Below are positions 63,321 to 64,000 of a stretch of 64,000 nucleotides of DNA, in pieces. The notes under the pieces were generated by a model. The model did no database searches. It saw only the letters and a program-made list of their open reading frames with translations, and was not told the DNA's origin. Source of the stretch: Bacillota bacterium (GTDB taxonomy: Bacteria > Bacillota > Dethiobacteria > DTU022 > PWGO01); the NCBI GenBank assembly GCA_012518215.1, contig JAAYSV010000041.1:30931-94930 (forward strand). The letters are read 5' to 3'. Position numbers and translations under genes: made by a program. How positions within the stretch are numbered: the stretch's first letter is position 1; each line of letters starts with the position of its first letter.

Positions 63321-63995
63321 TCAGTATTGCTCCGGCGTTTCCATGAGCTCGATGGTCAGGTTCTTCTCTCCGCCGTTCCTCCGTATTTTTATGGTTAGTT
63401 CCTCGCCCGGTTCATAGTTCAGAAGCTGGTCAAACAGCTGGGCCGTGACATTTATCTGTCGGCCGTCAACAGCAACAATAACATCACCTGCCAGTACCCC
63501 CGCTTTCTCGGCAGCGCCTCCGCCACTCACTTCCTGAATGTAGACGCCGCGATCACCGCTGTTTCCCGTCGCCTCGGCAAGATCCTGGATATAGACACCG
63601 ATATAGGGCCTCCTGACCTTGCCATGTTTGATGATGTCTTCGACAACCCTGGCCACGGTATTGCTCGGTATGGCAAAACCCATTCCTTCAACCCCTGTAT
63701 CCTTGATCTTGGCCGAATTTATACCGATAATGTCCCCGGCGAGATTTATCAGCGCCCCACCGCTGTTGCCTTCATTGATGGCAGCATCTGTCTGGATATA
63801 GGTATACCGGTAGTGGCTCTGCGGAACGGGAACCTGCCTTCCCACAGCGCTGACAACCCCGGCAGTTACCGTCTGTTGAAATACCAGCCCCAGAGGATTG
63901 CCGATAGCAATCGCTGTCTCTCCGATGTGGACATTGTCGGAATCGGAGAGAACCGCATACTTGACCCCGTCCCTGCCCGGGTTGATTTTGACCAC
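63321..63995 (-). CDS. HtrA/DegP-family serine protease, C-terminal part (trypsin-like domain GNSGG plus PDZ); 5' end lies beyond the window
   Basis: TDAAINEGNSGGALIN catalytic-Ser block and C-terminal PDZ domain. The ORF is open at the window edge. Confidence 0.8.
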   Translation of the reverse strand: MVKINPGRDGVKYAVLSDSDNVHIGETAIAIGNPLGLVFQQTVTAGVVSAVGRQVPVPQSHYRYTYIQTDAAINEGNSGGALINLAGDIIGINSAKIKDTGVEGMGFAIPSNTVARVVEDIIKHGKVRRPYIGVYIQDLAEATGNSGDRGVYIQEVSGGGAAEKAGVLAGDVIVAVDGRQINVTAQLFDQLLNYEPGEELTIKIRRNGGEKNLTIELMETPEQY

Positions 63996-64000
63996 GGCAA

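Overview
This 64 kb window looks like the chromosome of an endospore-forming Firmicute, with most genes on the minus strand and an estimated background GC of about 55% (judged by eye, not computed).

Gene order matches the Bacillus/Clostridium core region: rho, LysM-M23 peptidase, rpmE, DUF1385, prfA, prmC, then sigG and spoIIR, then ywlC(tsaC), ywlE, rpiB and glyA, then ywmB, murA, spoIID, a SpoIIQ-like M23 protein and spoIIID.

The left ~4.4 kb is an AT-rich, decayed integrative island ending at a tRNA-Ala(CGC). It holds a frameshifted large serine recombinase, an IS21 transposase remnant and an intact GmrSD-type (DUF262/DUF1524) type IV restriction gene.

Next comes a glycerophosphodiester and glycerol-3-phosphate catabolic cluster, followed by pgi.
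- HAD-IIA phosphatase, glycerophosphodiester phosphodiesterase (GDPD) and a GPH/MFS symporter.
- A three-gene FAD/NAD oxidoreductase plus DUF1667 unit resembling anaerobic glycerol-3-phosphate dehydrogenase.

Other blocks are:
- an ABC-2 exporter pair;
- a GltS-like symporter;
- an autoregulated csoR-copA copper module followed by a glutaredoxin-like gene;
- assorted envelope genes (LCP, PHP, DMT);
- an orphan nikR;
- a Na/Pi cotransporter;
- a CaCA antiporter;
- pyrG;
- a polyamine operon (speB, speE, pyruvoyl-dependent arginine decarboxylase);
- PBP1A.

A complete monoderm-type Tad/Flp pilus operon is present: flp, tadE, a TadG-like gene, cpaB, a CpaE with a canonical receiver domain, cpaF, tadB, tadC, DUF192 and an MBL hydrolase. 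It sits immediately downstream of DegS/DegU orthologues and a YaiI/DUF188 gene. A partial HtrA gene runs off the right end.

The most notable observations are the DegSU to Tad-locus juxtaposition with a phosphorylatable REC-CpaE, a stand-alone sigG-spoIIR bicistron with a SigF-type promoter, a catalytically degenerate SpoIIQ-like LytM protein between spoIID and spoIIID, and the intact GmrSD gene in an otherwise decayed tRNA-linked island.

No CRISPR array or rRNA was found. Hand-derived coordinates for motifs may be off by 1-2 nt.
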